64,000 nucleotides of DNA from an uncultured Gammaproteobacteria bacterium. Its GTDB lineage: Bacteria > Patescibacteriota > Patescibacteriia > SBBC01 > CAIJZX01. Position 1 is the stretch's first letter, and every line of letters begins with the position of its first letter. The DNA lies in assembly GCA_964518425.1 (NCBI GenBank), contig CAZFGG010000004.1:5701-69700 (forward strand). Reading direction: 5' to 3'. This document shows, in pieces, positions 60,083 through 64,000 of this stretch. A model generated the notes under the pieces. The model was not told where the DNA came from, did no database searches, and saw only the letters and a program-made list of their open reading frames with translations. A program made the position numbers and the translations under genes.

Positions 60083-60772
60083 TCAGCACGGCTTGAGGCC
60101 AAGAGCACAAACTACCTTCCAAGGATCCGGTTCGATCCTGGCGGTGCGCTTGAACCCACCACCCCTCCACCAGAGACATTTGTCGAGCGCCCGGATCGGA
60201 GACTTCGGTTCGACCTCGCCCATCCAGCGTGGATCCTCATCGCTGAGTTTTCTTGTGTTCCGAAACTCATGCCTCACAATTTCGCGATAGGCCGAGTCGG
60301 CGGGGCGTGTGTCGACGATCCCCAGCGCCGTACGTACGTAACTGTCGTAGACGGGAATTCGCCAAGGCATGAGCCAATGAAGCGTCTTCGAAGCCAGGGA
60401 CAGTTCGTATCGTCCCGCTCCACCTTCGAGCAGGTTGTCAGCGAACTGCTCGACTTGCTCGACGGCAAAACGCTCGCCCGCAGGATCAAATCGGTCGGCG
60501 AAGTGGGCCTCGGTCCACGACTGGCGAACGAGTGCGCTGGCTCCGACGGTGTCAATGTCAGCTCGGGAATACTGGATGCCCCACCACTCCTTGATCGTGC
60601 GGATAAGCGCAACGACTACAGGGGTGTCCTTGCCGAGCAAGAGATCCGATCGAGCGTATCGGGCGAGACACCACAACACGCGGTCCATCTCGCCCCATAG
60701 CCCATTAAACGTCTCGACATCCTTTTGGATTTCGGGAGCGCTGAGGATCGCGGCCAAAGGACCCCTCGCCAT
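60083..60772 (-). CDS. Hypothetical protein, possibly HhH-glycosylase-like (DUF6308-like)
   Basis: SLASKTLH..P..PVYDS.V..AL and RALDKCLW motifs. Confidence 0.5.
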   Translation of the reverse strand: MARGPLAAILSAPEIQKDVETFNGLWGEMDRVLWCLARYARSDLLLGKDTPVVVALIRTIKEWWGIQYSRADIDTVGASALVRQSWTEAHFADRFDPAGERFAVEQVEQFADNLLEGGAGRYELSLASKTLHWLMPWRIPVYDSYVRTALGIVDTRPADSAYREIVRHEFRNTRKLSDEDPRWMGEVEPKSPIRALDKCLWWRGGGFKRTARIEPDPWKVVCALGLKPC

Positions 60773-60858
60773 TGCGGTAGTTCTTTGAGGCCGGGAGGCG
60801 CCAACACCTGATCGCCCGCTTGGGCGTAATCAGAGCAGCGATTCGTTCGAGCCGCGGC

Positions 60859-61221
60859 TTATGGGCTCCACGCGACCGATCGCGGGTGCTTGGCTCCTGC
60901 GCCAATGAACCAGCCCTTGCGCTTCAGGGCGCGGCGAACTCGTCTGAGCCACGGCGACCATAGGCCGACGACAAGCAGCACGATTCCCAGTCCGGCGAGG
61001 ACCCAAGTCAGCACCCAGCGCACATCCGGCGTGAGCGCGGCCTGAGAAAGCTGCGCCGCAAGTGGGTTCGGCATGCTCAACGCGACCGCTAAGCCGCCGA
61101 GCATCAGGACGCGTTCGACTCGCGCCACCGCTGCCCGCAGACCAACCCAAAGGAGCATCACCAACCCCGTGAGGGGCACGAGGACGCACCATAGGAGCGT
61201 CCCAAGGAGTCGTCGTCTCAT
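60859..61221 (-). CDS. Small membrane protein
   Basis: Three hydrophobic segments. Confidence 0.45.
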   Translation of the reverse strand: MRRRLLGTLLWCVLVPLTGLVMLLWVGLRAAVARVERVLMLGGLAVALSMPNPLAAQLSQAALTPDVRWVLTWVLAGLGIVLLVVGLWSPWLRRVRRALKRKGWFIGAGAKHPRSVAWSP

Positions 61222-61272
61222 ACGTTTGACGGTTAATCATGAGCTAACGCTCCCGGCCACATTCTTGAACGT

Positions 61273-62082
61273 TTAGGTCGACTGCGCCGTCGCACCGACC
61301 ATCATGGGTTCCAGCTTCCGAGTCGTCCGGCCGTCAAGCAACTCACGCATGATCGGCTTCCGCTCGTCTTCCTGCAGGGCGCGCATACCCTTGGCGGTCA
61401 TCAGCCCATCGATGCATTCCTGTACCGCCGCGTGGATTGCCGAGCGGAACATGATGGCCGTGTCGAGTCGGTAGTAGGTCACCGGGGCAAACAGCCACCG
61501 ATAGATCCCGCCAACGATCGGAATGGCGAGCATCGCGTTTTCAGCGTTTACACGCCCGAGACGAGCAGCCAGCGCGACCAAAGCCATGACAGCCCAGGGC
61601 GACAGGCCCCAGACAATCAGGAAGAACGGAAGCGACGTGGAAGGGCTGTTGAAGAGGTGTACTCCGAACATCGACGGCCTCCACCAGAGCACGCGAATGT
61701 TCGACAATGCAGACGGGAACATCTTCAACACGAACCAGATGGACTTGGCGAGCAGCCAGGTGGCTGCTACGAAGACGGCTGCCCACGCCGGTACCCACGA
61801 AGCCGGTTTTTTCACGAGCCACCAAGAGAAGAAGAAGCCGGTCCCGAATGGCGCTGCGCACAGGTCAAAAGCGACACGCCCGTCGGTCATGCGGAGGTAC
61901 TCACGCTTTGGCGAGAGCGCACCACCCTCGTTCCAAATGATTCGATGGGTCTTCAGGCCGGGAATGCGGCGGTGAGCGAGGGCGGATTGGACCGAGGAGT
62001 AAAACTCTTTCGACGAGGTTTCAAAATTTTCGATCAGCTTGTTCCAGTTCGACAGGACATCATCCAGCGGGTGCTTTGCCAT
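61273..62082 (-). CDS. Membrane-associated hypothetical protein
   Basis: AGGAGG SD; CAAPFG.GFFFSWW and TYYRLDT..MF motifs flanking TM helices. Confidence 0.7.
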   Translation of the reverse strand: MAKHPLDDVLSNWNKLIENFETSSKEFYSSVQSALAHRRIPGLKTHRIIWNEGGALSPKREYLRMTDGRVAFDLCAAPFGTGFFFSWWLVKKPASWVPAWAAVFVAATWLLAKSIWFVLKMFPSALSNIRVLWWRPSMFGVHLFNSPSTSLPFFLIVWGLSPWAVMALVALAARLGRVNAENAMLAIPIVGGIYRWLFAPVTYYRLDTAIMFRSAIHAAVQECIDGLMTAKGMRALQEDERKPIMRELLDGRTTRKLEPMMVGATAQST

Positions 62083-62231
62083 GACTGCCTCCTGCTGACG
62101 GTTCGTCCTGTCCTTTCGTCCGGACCGTCACGGCCAAGCAGGGCCCCGTCATGGGGCTGAGGTGTCCGACAACGCCGCCGAAGCTACCGCAAGTTGGCGA
62201 CAAATGAAATGGCCTGAAGCGATGGGCGCTG

Positions 62232-64000
62232 TTACGCCGCCGGCTGATAGAGGAACTTCTGGAACCCGGCGAAAACTCGGCCAATTTCCTCCGGTTCGCC
62301 GAGGTCGGTCACCGCGTCATTGATGGAGTCGTGGTACTTGAGCCGCAGCAGCGGCGTCAACTTCGACTGGTCAAGCTCCTCCACGCCCACGGTCACGTAG
62401 TGCGAGAGCACGAAGTCCAGAAACGCCTGCTGCTTCGCGGTGAAGTGAGCCGCGATCTCCACCTTGGCTTTCAGTGCTCGCGCTTCGCGCGTGACGGGAG
62501 CGAACGCGTAGGCGACATAAGCCAACACGTCGAACAGGTCGCTTTTCTCCGCGTCGATAATTTTCTGCATCTCCGCGAGCTGTTCCCGTCCAAAACCACG
62601 TTCGGCCAAGCCCTGTAGCAGTCTTGCGCGCGTATCCGGCGCGCTCCAGATGGCTCGCAGTTCGGCTTCATCCCTGAAGAACTCAGGTAGTTTACCGAAG
62701 AGCGTTTCCATGAACTGCTGTGCTGACATCGGCGTGCCGTCTGGATGCCAGAACGTCGTGACCATCATGTGCTGGATGTTGCGCGCCTTGCCGTCAGCGA
62801 GCTTGACCTTGACCTTCGTGCGCGGCGGCACTGGATCCGGCGCTGGTCCTGGCGTGGGCGGAGGCGATAGCGGACCCGGCCCGGGCGAGACAGGTTTCGG
62901 TTCCGGCTCGACAGGCTCGCCATCCCACTCTCGATCACTGAAGTGGTGGTACGCCTTCACGAAATCGTAAATCGTGAAGTAGTCCTTTCCATCGTAGAGG
63001 CGCGTGCCTCGCCCGATGATCTGCTTGAACTCGATCATCGAGTTGATTGGACGCATCAGGACGATGTTGCGAACGTTGCGCGCGTCCACACCGGTCGAGA
63101 GTTTCTGGGAGGTCGTGAGGATGGTTGGCACGAGCTTCTCGTTGTCCTGGAAGTCGCGCAGGTGCTGGTCACCGAGCGCTCCGTCATTGGCCGTGACCCG
63201 GTGGCAGTAGTTCGGGTCCTTGCTCGACTTTATCTGGTTGATCAGATCACGAACCGCAAGGGCGTGATCCTGAGTGGCGCAAAACACGAGCGTTTTGTCG
63301 TTCTGGTTGATCTGGTCCATAAATATTTTGACCCGATGCGCCTCGCGCTCCTTGATCTCGATGATCTTGTTGAACTCGGTCTCCGTGTACACCTTGCCGC
63401 TCTCGACCTCTCCTTCCACGAGCTGGTCATCCGGCGTGTAGACGTACTCGTCGAGCGTGGTCGAGATCTGCTTCACTTTGAACGGGGTCAGGAAACCGTC
63501 GTTGATCCCGTCCTTGAGCGAGTAGATGTAGACCGGGTCGCCGAAGTAGGCGTAGGTGTCGACGTTGTCCTGTCGCTTCGGTGTGGCGGTCATGCCGAGC
63601 TGCACGGCGGGCGCGAAGTAGGTCAGGATGTCGCGCCAGTTGCTTTCGTCGTTGGCGCCTCCGCGGTGGCACTCGTCGATGACGATGAAGTCGAAGAAGT
63701 CCGGTGGGTACTCGCCGAAGTACGGACTGGGCTTGCCGTCCTTGGGCGGCCCGCTCATGAAGGTCTGAAAGATCGTGAAGAAGATGCTGCCGTTCTTCGG
63801 GACCCTGCCCTTCTTCCGGATGTCGCTCGGAGCTATGCGCACGAGCGCATCCTCAGGAAATGATGAGAAGGCGTTGTATGCCTGGTCGGCGAGGATGTTG
63901 CGATCCGCCAGGAAAAGAATGCGCGGACGCCGCGTCGGCTCGCCACTCAGGTTCCATCGCGAGTGAAACAGTTTCCACGCGATCTGAAACGCAATGAAGG
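62232..64000 (-). CDS. hsdR: Type I restriction enzyme R subunit (EcoAI/EcoEI-like); 5' end beyond the window
   Basis: Frame open to the edge (RILFLADRNIL); IVIDECHRG, GMTATP, KTLVFC, LSTGVD, FKQIIGRGTR. Confidence 0.93.
   Translation of the reverse strand, partial: FIAFQIAWKLFHSRWNLSGEPTRRPRILFLADRNILADQAYNAFSSFPEDALVRIAPSDIRKKGRVPKNGSIFFTIFQTFMSGPPKDGKPSPYFGEYPPDFFDFIVIDECHRGGANDESNWRDILTYFAPAVQLGMTATPKRQDNVDTYAYFGDPVYIYSLKDGINDGFLTPFKVKQISTTLDEYVYTPDDQLVEGEVESGKVYTETEFNKIIEIKEREAHRVKIFMDQINQNDKTLVFCATQDHALAVRDLINQIKSSKDPNYCHRVTANDGALGDQHLRDFQDNEKLVPTILTTSQKLSTGVDARNVRNIVLMRPINSMIEFKQIIGRGTRLYDGKDYFTIYDFVKAYHHFSDREWDGEPVEPEPKPVSPGPGPLSPPPTPGPAPDPVPPRTKVKVKLADGKARNIQHMMVTTFWHPDGTPMSAQQFMETLFGKLPEFFRDEAELRAIWSAPDTRARLLQGLAERGFGREQLAEMQKIIDAEKSDLFDVLAYVAYAFAPVTREARALKAKVEIAAHFTAKQQAFLDFVLSHYVTVGVEELDQSKLTPLLRLKYHDSINDAVTDLGEPEEIGRVFAGFQKFLYQPAA

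Larger units (their letters stand above)
42350..64000. mobile_element. GC-rich genomic island / integrative element; right end outside the window
   Basis: Visible GC increase; att-like junction at 42.35-42.55 kb; serine recombinase, TraD-like ATPase, defence and RM cargo; no housekeeping genes. Confidence 0.75.

Noticed and set aside
62090-62230. Riboswitch (for example c-di-GMP) upstream of the 61273-62082 gene
   Set aside because: Hairpins are present, but I could not match the conserved core motifs.
42600-64000. Many long antisense or overlapping ORFs (for example 52515-53375, 61432-62160, 62943-63863)
   Set aside because: Shadow frames of GC-rich genes with recognisable products on the other strand.

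Overview
Two compartments. (1) About 1-42,300 is a compact bacterial core region: TRM11-like methyltransferase, ychF, folD, glyA, lgt, manB, trpS, rnj, tRNA-Leu(CAG), ABC substrate-binding protein, secG, uvrC, uvrA, CIRCE-groES-groEL, ppsA, tRNA-Ser(GGA), dnaG-rpoD and several large surface proteins. Gene style (leaderless or SD-less starts, short SecG, Lys-rich RpoD N-terminus) suggests a Patescibacteria/CPR genome; this is inference. Scattered among these genes are about eight self-contained orphan cassettes built differently: sigma70-type promoter, a leader often with a boxA-like motif, a strong GGAGG-type SD and an intrinsic terminator. They include csrA, a secreted protein with a C-terminal SWGxLKxxY tail, and a micro-ORF transcript carrying a 13-nt perfect complement of the 16S rRNA 3' end. 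(2) About 42,350-64,000 is a visibly more GC-rich island. It starts at a tRNA-3'-like/recombinase-remnant junction and carries a GT2, a CHAP amidase with a T9SS/FlgD-type tail, a four-gene defence-like operon (nuclease, unknown, HEPN, Abi-C), a large serine recombinase fused in frame to two XRE-HTH domains with a 42-bp att-like palindrome exactly at the fusion point, a further HEPN protein, a TraD/VirD4-like ATPase and a type I restriction R subunit cut by the window edge. No database searches were run; family calls rest on recognised motifs, and GC or codon statements are by eye.
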